A DNA stretch of 64,000 nt from Eledone cirrhosa (lineage: Eukaryota), in NCBI GenBank assembly GCA_964016885.1, contig OZ024740.1:247938001-248002000 (forward strand), read 5' to 3'. Shown one piece after another: positions 9,955 through 23,425 of this stretch. The notes beneath the pieces were generated by a model. The model had not been told where the DNA came from. It saw only the letters and a list, made by a program, of their open reading frames with translations, and did no database searches. How positions within the stretch are numbered: position 1 is the first letter of the stretch; every line of letters starts with the position of its first letter. Both the position numbers and the translations under genes were made by a program.

Positions 9955-10420
9955 TTGTGTGTGTGTATGTGTGTGTGTGTGCGTGCGTGTATGTGTGTAT
10001 CTGTCTATGTATATATATAAGGGATACAGATATTGTTTGCTCACTGTCACCAAGCATCTCAATTCATTCGTTGCAACTAAGTTTGTGATCGAGGTATTTT
10101 ATTTTGCAAGGTACTATTTTTCCCCTGAGTTTGTGATTCCAGAGAAAGGTAGGAAATTCTTCATATTTTGCATCTTTGGTATTTTGACTTTACAGTTTGA
10201 ATTGTAGAATTGTCCATCCAATTAAAATATTGCAACAGCTAACAGTGAAATATAGATTTTTTTAAAAAGTTTTTTCCGACTGAGAACATTCACGTCTATT
10301 TTTCAAAAATATATAATTTTAAATAGTTTGCTTTTATTTTGGACTGAAAATCTCTTGTATTTAATTCGTACGAGTATTTTTTTATTTTTTTTTTAAGATT
10401 CTAACATAACTTGATTTGAA

Positions 10421-13068
10421 ATGGATATTCGTGGATATTTTAAACGTAGTCGTAAAAATGATACTGTTCTTTCTCAGGAAAGCTCAAAAGGAAGGCATAC
10501 AGAAAAATCAAACCAAGATCTTGTGCTTCCCTCAACTTCCATCATTTCTTATGAACCTGCTGAACGTAATGAAAGCTTCCCTATATCAATTGATCATGAA
10601 AATGATAATGTTCTTTCTCAGGAAAGCTAAAAAAAAAAGTGCTAAAACAAATCAAGTCAAGATATTGTATCTCCCTCAACTTCCACCGTAATTGAACCTG
10701 CTGAACGTTATGAAAGCTGCCTTATACTGACGGAACCTTATCATCCAGATGTGACTGTGATACCTGTTCAAAAACTGCCAAACAAGACACTGAAGTTTCA
10801 ATCAAAATGGTTCTAGACTTATAATTGGCTTCATTATGATGCTAGATTAAAAGGAGTTGTTTGTTACACTTGTTCATATGCACATTAAAACAAACTAATA
10901 AACTTGGCTAAATGCTCTGATAATGCTTTCATTTTAAGAGGCTTCAAAAACAGGAAAAGGGCTCACGAAAAATTTGTTTCTCATGAAAAGTCAAACACTC
11001 ATAAACTTGCGACATCTAACATCCTTTTCAAAAAGAAAGAAGAAAGTATACGGTCAAACTTGAACCAAGCCCACCGTGATAATCAAAATAAAGCAAGACA
11101 CGCTTTGCTTATGATAATATTTTCTTTGAAGTATTTAGCCGAGCAAGGGTCGGCAATTCAAGGAAAACATAGTGATGGGGGTAACTTCCTGGAGCTGTTA
11201 AATCTTCTATGTGAAAATGTACATGAGCTAAGAGTTTGGTTGAACAGAAAACACAGCTACACCAGTGCTGAAATCCAAAATATGTTAAAAACAATGAGCC
11301 ATATGGTTTTGAACGGCATAATAAAGAAAATTAACAAAGAATCTAAGCAATTTGGAATAATTATTGATGGTACACCAGATATTCAGGGTAAGGAACAGGA
11401 GGTGATTTGTGTTCGTTATGTGAATGATTATTTTGAAATTAAAGAAGATGTTTTAGGAATCTTCAATATAGATAGTACAACTGGTAAATCTCTTTGTCAA
11501 ATGATTCTTGATGAACTTCTACGCCTTCAATTACCAATTCAAAATCTTCGATGCCAGACATGAAGGTGCAGCCAATATGGCAGGTAAACATCTTGGTTGT
11601 CAAGCAGAAATAAAGAAGATTCAGCCTCTGGCCCATTACGTGCACTGTGGCGCTCATATTTCTCAACTTATTATAGCTAAGTCCGTTCAACAAGCTTCAT
11701 TTATCAAAAATGCTCTCGATTACGTGAATGAATTAGGGAAACTATATAGTACACCAGGGAAATTTAAGCACACGTATTTATCACATGATGAAGAAAATGA
11801 AGTATCGTCACCACGCTCCTTAAAACCTGTGTGCCCTACTCGATGGCTAACACGACTTTCTGCAGTCAAAGCCCTTCTTGAAAATTATTCAGATGTCCTC
11901 ATTTCCTTACAAGAGGCAACAAATGAGTTTGGCACCAACATTGCATCCAGAGCTAATGTTATTCTTACGTGTCTCTCTACAGGCCAATGTGTTCTTGGAT
12001 TGCATGTTGTAGTTCCATTGCTTCAACTCCTTGAAAGATTGAACAAATCCTTTCAAAGTACCACTTTCAATCTAGGTGACATGTTGCATAGTGTCAAACT
12101 GGTGCAAGAGAAGCTAAAAATTCTACGCAGTGAAGAAAAATTTCAGGAGCAGAAAAAACGATTTATCAACTCGATATTTCTCCTTTGAAGCTACCCAGGC
12201 AACGAAAAGTTCCTAAAAGATACCAGGAAGGAAATGAGTTAAAATATCAACACTGCACTGCTTTGGATCATTACAGAGTACAGTATTTGCAGGTAGTGGA
12301 TACCGCAATATCAAATTTGAAAGATTTTTTTTTTTTCACAGGATTTAGCAGAATATGAAAAACTGAGCAATATTTTATTCAATGGAAATGTTTGTGCTGA
12401 AGTGATCATGCACTATCCAGAGCTTGATGAATTTTCTTTAAGGAACGAAATACTTTTTTATAGAAATCATCATAGTGGATCATCTCTCGATGATCATCGT
12501 AAAATATTCGGTGAAATGCAACCAGAAGTCCGTCGCATGTTTCCAAATGTTGAGCGATTGCTTAGGCTACTTTAAGTGTTTCCAACCAGTTCTTGTGAAG
12601 CTGAAAGATCTTTTAGCGCTCTGCTGAGACTCAAAACTTGGTTGCGATGGACCATGACTCAGCAAAGGTTGAATCATATTCTAATATGCCATGTTCATAG
12701 AGATGTTTTGAAAAAGGTTAGTTGTGAAGAAGTTGTTAAATTATTTATTGACAGCTATGATGCGAGATATGATACATTTGGAAAGTTCGAAAAGACAATA
12801 AATTTACTTTATGTTTTTTTATTCAAACGTCTGTTTTATTTTTTGTTTATTTTATATAATAGAGTCTTTTTAAGCTTATTTTTATTTTATATAATAGATT
12901 CTTTTTAAGCTTATTTTTATATCTGAACTTCATTTGAATATATAAAATTTAATTATATAAAATTTTACTAATGTGATAGGGTCCGGCAAAGGCACCATAA
13001 GCAATACTAACATGCTCCAACAAATTTTGGTTTGACCCCTCACATTTTAAAGGCAAACGAGGCCCCTG
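10421..13068 (+). mobile_element. hAT DNA transposon (ZMYM1/DUF4371-type transposase), decayed
   Basis: MDIRGYF start; FQSKWF..WLHYD..VVCYTC zinc finger; LAEQGSAIQG..GNFLELL; IIIDGTPD; GAANMAG; YVHCGAH; CPTRW; SSCEAERSFSAL.RLKTWLR.TMTQQRLN dimerisation domain. Several stops and frameshifts. Right end GGCCCCTG (CAGGGGCC-type TIR) at 13061-13068; left TIR not found. Confidence 0.9.
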
Positions 13069-13092
13069 CACAGAGGCAAGGGAACGCCGTAA

Positions 13093-14030
13093 TCTCTATA
13101 TATAAATAGACTATCTGTGTGTGTGTGTGTCTGTCTGTTTCCGTGTAACTTCTACAGCTTGCAACCGTTTTTCTTCAAATTTGGCACAAACATGCGTTAT
13201 GCTCCTGACCTTCGTACGAACTCATTAGATTTTCAAATTTGTGTCTACTGCGCCCTCTATAAGAGATAAGAAAAAAAACGACTAAAAAAAAATCATTTTT
13301 TAAACACAGAGAGGGAGAGCCAGAAAGAGAGAGATAGAATTAAAGTGTTAGATATTCAGAGAGAGAGAGAGAGACGTCCCACATCGGCTAAAATATAGAT
13401 CAAAGTATATCAGTTGAAGATTCAACAATAAGTCGTTTTACAAACTTTGATTTTACAGAATAAAGAAAAATTGATAATATTTGAAATTATTGTTGCAAAC
13501 ATGTGAATTGTGTAATCCTTTGTATTTGTGGTTCAAGTACAGAGATGATCTTTCTGAGGATTTTAAACGTCTGGAAGGTACCAGCGATGAGGTCTACAAC
13601 AGAGCACTGATTGACATAGAAGACAGGATTGTTTCACTCGGTGGAAATGATTTGCCCACATATGGCCTGCCCCAAACATTCCGAACAGGGTCAAATGTAC
13701 TTCCTACAGCCATCCTACGACATTGATGCTCTTTCCCAATATGTTATCGACACTGAACCACAACTGCTTCCGAACCAACAACAGGTTTACAGCACTATTG
13801 TCGACCATGTGCGCCACCGAAAAGGAGGTATCTTCTTCCTGGATGCACCTGGAGGAACAGGAAACACTGTAGTAACAAAGCTCCTCCTTGCAAAATTTAG
13901 GCAGCATAGGGATATCGCGGTAACTGTTGCCTCCTCTGGGATTGCTGCTACTTTGCTACCCGGTGGCAGGACAGCGTACTCGATTTTTAAACACAAAAAA
14001 AAACGTGCATCATGCTTCAAATCAGTCACG
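13093..14030 (+). mobile_element. Internally deleted Helitron (5' terminus plus PIF1-helicase fragment)
   Basis: A|TCTCTATATATAAA start followed by (TG)n/TCTG repeats. Fragments NPLYLWFKYRDDLSEDF and FFLDAPGGTG..VASSGIAATLLPGGRTAYS.FK are typical of the Helitron RepHel helicase. Confidence 0.88.
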
Positions 14031-15544
14031 TGATCCATTGTTCGTTTATCCTCGCTTTCTTTTGTAGATCTGGGGAGCAGTGTTTCGAATTCGAGTGATA
14101 CATTTGTAGCTGACGATTCACTTTACAGTCTCCTTCGTAACAGTATGTAGAAAATGTTCTGATACATTATCTTTGTTTACAACTTTAAAATATTTATGAG
14201 CGAATAATTGACAGCAATAAAAGTTGATGTTGATAAGGTAAGTGCCTTTAAATTGTTATAAGTTATTCTGACGAGGCCAAGCCAAAAGAATTATTAACTG
14301 CTAGCAACAGTCAAGTAAAAGAGCAGAATAACAGCTTGCGCATTGTTGCTGCCAGGATGAAAATCGGAAGTCACGAAAAACGGTCCTGTGTTCTGTTTGA
14401 AAAGCCAAAACAGGCTCACATACTACTAGTTTTTGATTTGGTAAAATAACACATTACAATGAAACTAGAATAGACATGCGTGCTGGTTCATATATTACTA
14501 GTCTCTGGTTAGTCAAAGCCACAAACGTGACAAAAAGAAAACAAAAAAAACTGAAACCATGTCAGCAGTCGAATGTAATTGCAACATATATTTTGTAAGA
14601 GTCAAATATATCGATACCAGTGCTTGAGTAATACTTTATGTTATTGATTCTTGGAGGATTAAAGACAATGTTAAGTTTGACAGATTGTGAACGCAGAAGG
14701 CACATCCCTATCAATCATATAAATTAATGTATTTTGTTTTGTTTTATTAAATGTATTTACTAACATCAGCCTCGTTAGGAACACGTGTTTCTGTGCGTCG
14801 AGCTTACATTGTTCAATCGGTAATCCAGTCGTAACCTTCTTTTTTGTATATATCAAGACAATTTTATCCAGTATGTTCGTCCATTTTTAAGATGGTATGG
14901 TAAAATTTGTGGGCTATTTTACTGTTAATTCTAACTGGTTGAGCGGCCATAAAGAAGTTTCTTCGGAGGACCATGTTCGTCGTTTGGCCGAGTACATGAA
15001 TGCTGAAAATCTGCTCAACTTGATCTAATCTGGGACTGCACAGCAACAACAGCGTTGCTGGGTGGATAATCAGAAAGGAGGTTCCAAAATGCCAATAAAA
15101 TAAATATACACATATATATGTAACCGCACGTGGACATAAGCTTATCCCTTTAACAGTGCTCATCCACGGAGCAAGAAGACTATATCAAAATGTCTCGTGC
15201 TTATATACATCTTAGACACAAAGGCTAAGGGAATCAAGTAAAAAAGGTCGGGAGAGAACTATTCGGGACCCAGAGAAACTATTCATTCCGAAGAGAGCAT
15301 GAAGACACAATCAATGGTTAAAAAGGTTGTGGTTGTATCTAACGCCATTGACCCTCAAACAAGAAAATGGGATTATTCATTGTCGTAAATTGGAACCGAA
15401 GTTGAAACTAGAACAAGCCGGAAAGCCGTAGTTTCGAAAACTGTCCGTTTATGGGCATAGACCTTAAGATAAGGATGTCTGTGTAAAAAACAATTTAAGC
15501 TCAAATCTAGTCTAGGCGTTCTCTATTTACAACTTGACCTAGTA

Positions 15545-16440
15545 ATGCCGACCTATCTAATCTCAATCTTTTCCAGCCGCACCTTGGCGCGGTCCTCCGC
15601 AAGACAGAAGCACCAGACGTGTCCAAGAACTAGAGTCAGATCTGGTCGATCAGATCAACGAAGACCTCGCCGACCCCAGTATACAGATGCCCTATGCAAC
15701 TGGGATGACATCAAGTGCATGACAACCTTCAGAAGGATCTAGTCTTCCTTGGACCAATACCACTCACCTGCCTCCGTTCTGCCTCGCAGCCAAACAGCAG
15801 TACGAGGCTCAATTCTATGCCCTCCTCATCAATCGGCACGCTTCTTAATGATGTGTGCCCCGGCCTTCGCGTATATGAACCACACAAATGCTGTTTTGTA
15901 GCCGTTGTTGATGAGTTCGATCTGCACCCGCTATCCTGCCGCCATAACGCAGGTCGGTTCCCTCGACACGCCATCCTGAATGACATAAACGGAAGGCACT
16001 TCGACGCGGCCGGCTTCCCGTCACAACTAGAGCCAGCTGACCTCGACCGGGATAATGGTAAGGGTCCATTCGTGAAAACTCTCTTCCCATTCGAAGGAGG
16101 TCAATTCCTAATCTGTTCTCCGCCAACCAGCCTTGTCGCTTCAGCCGCAAGCCTGGGCACAATCAACCGCGATGCAGAAGAAGTGAAGATAACCAAATAC
16201 CGGCTTGGCCAGCCGCTTCCATTTCCCACTGGTCACCGTCGAGACTTTTAGTGCTCTCGGTTCATGAACTGCTGTTCGTCGACCACAAAATCGGAAAGGC
16301 GGCAGCCCGCCTGTGGAAAGAGTCCAGTGTGGCGTGGTGTGGTGGCTGTTGCAGCAGGTGTTACTGACCATTCCCCGCGGTAATGTCTTCGCTATTTTGT
16401 CTGCGAGGCGCAGCTGAAATATACCACTCAAGCTGGGGTG
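15545..16440 (+). mobile_element. 3' fragment of a CRE-clade non-LTR retrotransposon (restriction-like endonuclease region)
   Basis: LRSASQP..S..LNSMPSSSIGTLL, H.C..D...HPLSCRHNAGRFPRH..LND, LEP..L.RDNGK and a terminal IPRGN-like motif resemble the CRE CCHC+RLE C-terminus; frameshifted. Confidence 0.75.
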
Positions 16441-17045
16441 TCGCTCCCCTTTTTCCCTTTCTTTCGTTTCTTTCGTTGCTTAATTACTTTTTTTTTTTCT
16501 TTACTTTTATATTATTTTCCTTATTGCCATTTATATTTTATAGTTTTTATCCCATTGTCACTTTAATTTAGTAAAAAATCTGATTATTCGACTACTATAC
16601 ATAGATAAAGAAATAAACAAATCCTGCTTAACTACTCATAAATCATATTACTCTTCCAGCATCCTATTATTTTGCGGCGGCGCAATGAGAATTGTTTATC
16701 GTCTGTTGCAGAAAATCAGGTTGGCTTCAAGACTATCAACTTACATCAATTATAACTTAACAAAATCCGAAACAAGCTGACAGTGGTTATGGTAATGAAA
16801 CAAAAAAAGTGGGTAAAACAACATGAAGAAAACGAACGACATCACGTTATGGTGGTAACGGCGCGGCATTTAGTATGTCTAGCGTTTTAAATAACAAGTG
16901 TTTCGTTGCAGCGTAAACTGCATGCATATTTAACGCCAAACAATAAAGTGTTTCACTATTTATTGAAGCAAGTGAGTTTTTTTCGGGGTTTTCTTTTCTA
17001 TTTTAGAAATAAAATATGCTGTTTTTGTCATACATTTCTCATGTC

Positions 17046-17129
17046 TTAATCCTGGTTTTTATGGGCATGTGGTTTAATCCTGGTTTCTATGGGCATGTGG
17101 TTTAATCCTGGTTTCTATGGGCATGTGGT
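17046..17129 (+). repeat. Three tandem 28-bp units at the start of a short RTE 3' fragment
   Basis: TTAATCCTGGTTT(C/T)TATGGGCATGTGGT x3; the last unit continues as W.YGHVVRMSQERIAGQILRAKPTSRRPR (RTE C-terminal motif). Confidence 0.9.
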
Positions 17130-19449
17130 TAGAATGTCTCAAGAAAGAATCGCTGGACAGATTTTACGGGCAAAACCTACCAGCAGGAGACCCAGGATTC
17201 GTGGAGGCAACGAATTGGCAGAATTGTGAGAACGTCGGATAGAATGCTTTGCAGTATTCGTTTCCCTTTCATCCATTCCGCCAGGTTTTAAAATGTGCTA
17301 GAAACACAGTATGTCAATACGGCGTTCCTGCGACTCACTCAAGAGTTATGGGACCATGAATGAATGTATAAGTGGGCGGGTATCGGAGGGCGAGGGATTA
17401 AAATGAGAGAAGAAAGGTTGGAAAAACGTAGTTTAGAATGAAGATAAAATGTAAAGATGAGAAGGTGACAATTACAGTGGAAAAGACCGCTGTAGTAACG
17501 ATTGGGATTTTCTAGTTTGCAAGGAGAAACTCCCCAAAATGTGAGCAACTTGTAAATGTTTCTATCTTGGAGCTGAAGCAGAAATTTTCAATCGATGTAG
17601 GATTAGGGCTTTTTCAATGGTGCAACTCCTGCGTTGTGGGGAGGCGTTAATATAGGTCTTAGGTTTTATAAGCACTCCCCGTTTAATTTTAAAGCCTATC
17701 AAAAGTTCTTGATGATCCGTAAATTTTACCATAGAACTCAAAAATACTCTACAGATTAACTTTAGATGATTTGTATCGAGTATTTATTTAGATTTGTTTT
17801 TTTTTAACTAAGAATGTGTATGTGTGTACGTATGGGTCTGTGTGCGTACGTGTGTCTTTGTGTGTACATGTGTGTGTGTGTGTGTGTGTGTGTGCGTCTG
17901 TGTGCATGTGTAGTCAATACTAACTTTCAATATCATCGAACGTCACACGACAAAAGTGTCTTACTATAGAACTCACCGGATATATGATCATAGTCCTAAC
18001 AATGAAAGTGTTTCATCGTTTGTGCTACGGTCATTTCGGTCATCCATTTGGTAAGTGCTATATATAGCTTCACATTTAATATCTTTGGAGTGAATTTATT
18101 GAGCACTTTCTTAAACTATTACTCTAAAATATATCTTGGTGTGTTTTAAGAAATATTTATTATTCAAAATAGCTCCTATCATAGTTCGGGACAATTAAAA
18201 AACGCTATTCTTCATTAGATTAGAATGTGTATTTAAAATATCATAGTATTTAAAACATTCAAATATTAGCTGACTGAGCACGTAATACTGGTAGAGTGAA
18301 AATTTTATTTTCTAAGTAGAAACGTGGCAGTGATTTCGAAGTTTCAGCTTGCACACTCCATCTAGCAGTCATATAAAGCGACCAAGCAGAAACTTCAATG
18401 GCACTGCTACTTTACTAATCTTCACTAAATGATAAATAAAATACCGTTCATAAAATGAAACTGGGATGGTCGCAGCTAGAACAATTTTGAACATTGATTA
18501 TCTTAATTAGGACAGACCTGTAACTAAACACCACCACTACGAACACGACGACCACCACCAACAACAGCAACAATAACAACAACGACCAGCTACATATCAT
18601 CAATGGTAAATGTCTCACGAAATGAATCATTTTGTTCATCACCAACTTTACTGAATCACTAACTGTGCAAAATTCTTGTTTGCAATTATAGCTAAAATAG
18701 ACATCACATTAAGGACAAGGAATGTTATCAATCAGAAAACGATTCAACTAATACACTTCGTTTTCTTTATTGCTATGTTCTGTGTTTGCATGTCAGGCCT
18801 ATTTTGAAGCATACAAACGAAGAAAAAAAACGAAAATTAAATAGGAAGTTGTGAAGATGGAATGAAAGGGTATAACAACTAAGATAAGGTGGTGTCTGAT
18901 AAGATAACAAGAGTAAATTATCTGCAGTAAATAACTTTCAACGAATTGAATTAGCTTCCTACACTGCGTTTCATGTAACTGTGAGGCTTACTTTGTTCTC
19001 TTTTTTTATTTTATTGCTCTTTTTTTTTTTTTTTTTTTAACGACAAAGATTCATGTGTGCGTGTGTGTACGTGCGTGCGGTGTGTGTGTATACATACATA
19101 CATGCACACATATATACACACATACATAATCAACGCGACCAGTCATACATATTGGCGTGGAAGACTTCATTAAATGTAAGATGAATACTATCCCCGGGTA
19201 TAGCCACTGAAGACTTATCACTGTAGAGATATCCGACTAAATACTAAATTCATATTACAAGGATTTGCTACGACTGAACACAACATCAACAACATTAATT
19301 TACCGAAGATAAACAACATCGAGAAAGGTAAAGAACATTTCTTTAGTTGTAGCTACAGAAGGAATCGAAATTATAAATCACATTTTTCTTGGAGTTACGA
19401 ACTTATCGATTTATTTAATTGTTATAAAATGACAGAAGATATCTCTCTG

Positions 19450-22400
19450 TTGGCTATATGAACAGGGTCGAAATATATCTAGAGCTAAATCACTTCACAG
19501 CCAAACAATTATGCCAAACAACGTTTGTTGAATGTAAAAATAACATGAATATTATTCATTGTAAGTCCCTCAGATCGAACATGCAATCAACAACACGAGC
19601 TACAGAGATGTTAATGAGAATAAAACACCACAAAAAATACCATCATATATTATGTAAAAAAAAAAAATACATACCTAACCAACAAAAAGTGAAAAATAAA
19701 ATAGAAGCGATGTTTGGTAACAGTACAACCACAACTCTTCAATATAAGCTAATAACTCTCAAACAAGAATTGAGAGCTTTCGGTGAGAAACGCCGATATC
19801 TGAAGAGGGTAGATTAAAGAAAAGTACTTAATAAAAGGATTCAGACGAAACCAAGCATCAGTCTATAGAGATATGAAGGTAAAAGTAATAAATGTCACTG
19901 AGGTCCCATTCCAGAAAGATATAGATTCCTTCTGTAGAAGAATATGGGTGGAGAGAAGAATTTCAACCAAGTTGCAGTGTGGCTAAAAGAAATCCAAAAG
20001 AACTACTTCCCCAACACGACAACAAAACATACAGAATAAACTATGATAACCTGGAATGTGATAGGAAAACACAAGGGAGAGACTTGATTGTCGGCTACTG
20101 GTACCAAATACCAGGGTGGTTGACATTAGCACAAACAATATTGGTCCCCAAGAACAAAGACACCCACTTGGCAAAAAACTACCGACCCATTGCATGCCAG
20201 AACCTGATGTGTAAGATATATACAGCCTACCTGAACCTATTTCTCCAAGATCACTGTGGCAATAATAACATCATCACAGAGGAATAAGCAGCTGGGAAGA
20301 AAGGTGTTTGGGGGTGTGCTGAACAACTCCGAATTAACAATACTGCGATGTCGGAGGTGCGACAACTTAGGAGGAATATGGCTACAGCCTGGCTGGACTA
20401 CAGGAAAGCATTTCATTCTGTTCCCCACTTGGATCATAGAGACCTTCCAACTTGCTAAAGTTCCAGACATTATTATCAGAGCCATCGATAACCTATCTTC
20501 TTCTTGGGCTACTATCCTAAAGTTAAAAACAGAGGAGGACTCTATTTTCAATAATAAAATAGAATATCACAGCGGGTATATTTCAGGGAGACAGTCTTTC
20601 TGTGCTGCTATTTATCCTGTCATTAAACCCCTTGTCCTTTCTGATCAAGAAATGTGAAGGATACATAATTGGCTCAGAGGAGGACAGGAATACGAACCAA
20701 ACCCATAATCTCTTTGTGGATGACTTGATACTCTATGCCAAGATCATAAATGGGATGAAAACAAATCTTGACCTGGTTATGACGTTCTCAAAAGATATAG
20801 GAATGTAGTTTGGCCAGGATAAATGTTCATATATGATTGTAAAGTGGGAAAAAATTAGAAGCCAATCTAACAACATTTCTATCAATGGCCTCACTGTTTC
20901 ACTGATATCTGACGAGGACGGCTACAGATACCTGGGGATAGATGAGAATATATCCTATAATGGTATGTGTAATGGGGAACGCGTAACCATATTACACCCA
21001 ATTAAGAAAAATATGGTCATCTGAAATCTCTGCGCACAATAAAACAGTGGCTCACAATGTGTTTGCTGTGCCTGTCCTAACAACAACATTTGGAATACTC
21101 GATTGGACAATAGATGAAATCCGAGTTATCAATGTTAAAGCCCGAAAAATCCTAAACAAAGCCGGAAACTTCTACATCAACAGTGACATAGACCGCCCAA
21201 CTTTAAACGAAAGTAGGGAGGCAGAGATCTAACATCAGTCCAGACAACATTTGAATGTCGCATCATCTGCGAACCACCAAGTATAGGAGCCCACCTATTG
21301 AACAAGTCTGTCTACATGAGACAGATAAGATCATAAGAGTTGGGAAGGAACACCTTGAAAGATACTCCCGGCATGATAATCAAAAACTCACACCCAGGTA
21401 AATTACCCATCGATACCACAGTGAATCCATGGATGAAAAACTGTATGCTCATCAGCAGCAAATCATGCATGAATATGTTGCCAGCAAACTCCAGAGTGAG
21501 AGTAATACAGATAAGCAAAGTAGTCTATCTTGGACCAACAACTGCTATATTGGCTCCCACTTTGAAGGATATGCTTTTGCAATCCAAGAACAGGAAATCA
21601 ATATAAAATACCTGATTCACAAAAGAGGTAGAGATGCAAGAAAAACACCTATGTGTAACAAATGCAGATTCTGCAAAATTAACATCGAAGATGTCACCCA
21701 TACCGTAAGCAGCTGTCCAAAAATGTCATCGTGGTACTATTTACCTATGAGGCATGATGTAGTGGCCAAGACACAATACGATGCAATCTGTTGAAAATAT
21801 AGCCCCCGACAATAAACACATAAAAAGCTACAGCAATGTGGAAGATATACATATACATAATATGAAAGAGTACTGGTGGAATGTTCCAGTCAAAACCCCA
21901 ATAAAATGCAAGCATAACAGACCAGATATAATGATATGGGACAGGGAAAAGAAGGCATGCACGATAGTGGAAGTTAGCTGCTCAGCAGATGCCAATATAA
22001 TATCAGAGATCAACAAAAAATGAAGAATATCTATGCAGAGCTAATAAGGAATCTGCTGGTACTCCACCCTGACTATACCTTCAGATTGATATCTGTGATT
22101 ATTGGGGCACTGGGATATGTTAGTAACTGCCTCAGTACAACTCTGGAGAAGCTGGGCTTCACGGAAACAGAAAAAAATACAACTAGTTAGGAAATTACAA
22201 GTACTATCCATCAATGGAACAGTAAAAATATGTAAAACATTCCAAAAATTCTGCATCTAATAATTGCATGTACACATGTACAGATACAAAGCATAAGCAT
22301 ATTCACACATATAACTGAAAACATCCACATCCATACCTGCACACATACGCATGCATGCAGACACTTCCGTGCCTACCTAGTTGATGTTGTGTAAATTTCA

Positions 22401-22480
22401 ATGAGACAGTCTTGTGTCTATGTTAGAAACCGACTCTCTCTCTCTCTATTGGTAAAGAATGATAAAATTATAAAACTAGA
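19450..22480 (+). mobile_element. R4/Dong-like RLE non-LTR retrotransposon, decayed, near full length
   Basis: LKQELRA..RRY; WLT..TILVPK; NYRPIACQNLMCKIYT; FQGDSL..LLFILSLNPLS; HNLFVDDL; AIQEQEI; CRFC..E.VTH.VSSC..RHDVVAK; NRPDIMIWD..TIVEVS; IIGALG. Confidence 0.88.
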
Positions 22481-23019
22481 ACATACATACGATTGCTGCT
22501 GCCTCGTTATCGAGTATGGCCATTGCATGATATAGCATTATTAATAATTGTTAATTAATGCTATCGTGCAATGCTTGTGCATGAAGATTTTTTTTAAAGT
22601 GAGGAAAGACTGTGCACTGAGCCAATCCCACTCTCTGAGCAACAGCAGCTATAACCCGAAAAGAAGAATAGATCAACATCATCGGCAAATAATGAGCCAC
22701 GGGTTTTATGTCGAAGTTATCCAAGTTTCCTGAGTTGCCTTCTCCTAGAAGAATACCCCGAAAAAGGCTAGGGGTCCTTCACTCCCAGTGGTTTAACCGC
22801 GCGATCGGGTATCCAACCTGACTATTTCTATGTCCCCACGCATATACATACACATGCATACATGTATATACATATACATATATACACATGCATGCATGTA
22901 TATACATATTTACACATTTGTGGATGGCTGTTGACTCTTACATACAGGCATACATACATGATGGCTGCCTCCTCGTTTTTGAGTATGGCCATTGCACAAA
23001 AAAAAACATAATAATGACA

Positions 23020-23425
23020 ATAATAATTGTTTCTACTTTTGGCACAAGGCCAGCAATTATCCCAGTGTATTACTGGTACTTTATTTTATTGACCCCATAA
23101 GGATGAAAGGCAAAGTTAACCTCGGCGGGATTTGAACTCAGACCATAAAGGGGCGTAATTCTATGCTGCAAAGCATGGCGTCCGACCCTCTAGCGATACT
23201 GCCAATCCATCGCCCTTAATAATGACAATAATAATAACAATAATTGTTTCTACTTTTGGCACAAGGCCAGCAATTACCCAGTGCATTACTGGTACTTTAT
23301 TTTATCGACCCCGTAAGGATGAAAGGCAAAGTTAACCTCGGCGGGATTTGAACTCAGAATGACAAGAGCCGTAACTGTATGCTGCAAAGCATGGCGTCCG
23401 ACTCTCTACCGATACTGCCAACCCA
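23020..23425 (-). mobile_element. Two tandem copies of a tRNA-derived SINE
   Basis: Two direct ~200-bp units (..TACTGGTACTTTATTTTATCGACCCC..GGATGAAAGGCAAAGTTAACCTCGGCGGGATTTGAACTCAG..); B-box-like GAGTTCAAATCC on the minus strand. Confidence 0.8.

Noticed and set aside
9562-10207. ORFs of 97-166 aa with HTHT/CVCV/IYLS runs (also 23354-23751, 48645-48897, 53846-54557)
   Set aside because: These are translations of (CA)n, (TA)n and (GATA)n microsatellites.
14069-14243. Possible plus-strand exon (TTTTGTAG acceptor; GTATGT and GTAAGT donors)
   Set aside because: No recognisable protein similarity or partner exons, and the longer version has stops in all frames.
17046-17129. 28-bp repeats resembling a CRISPR array
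   Set aside because: No spacers, no cas genes, eukaryotic DNA, and the unit is RTE coding sequence.
19195-19250. CTGAAGA-containing hammerhead-like stretch
   Set aside because: No GAAA box at the right position and no convincing stems.
22730-22845. Possible HDV-like ribozyme in an RTE-type UTR repeat
   Set aside because: I could not build the nested double pseudoknot by eye on either strand.
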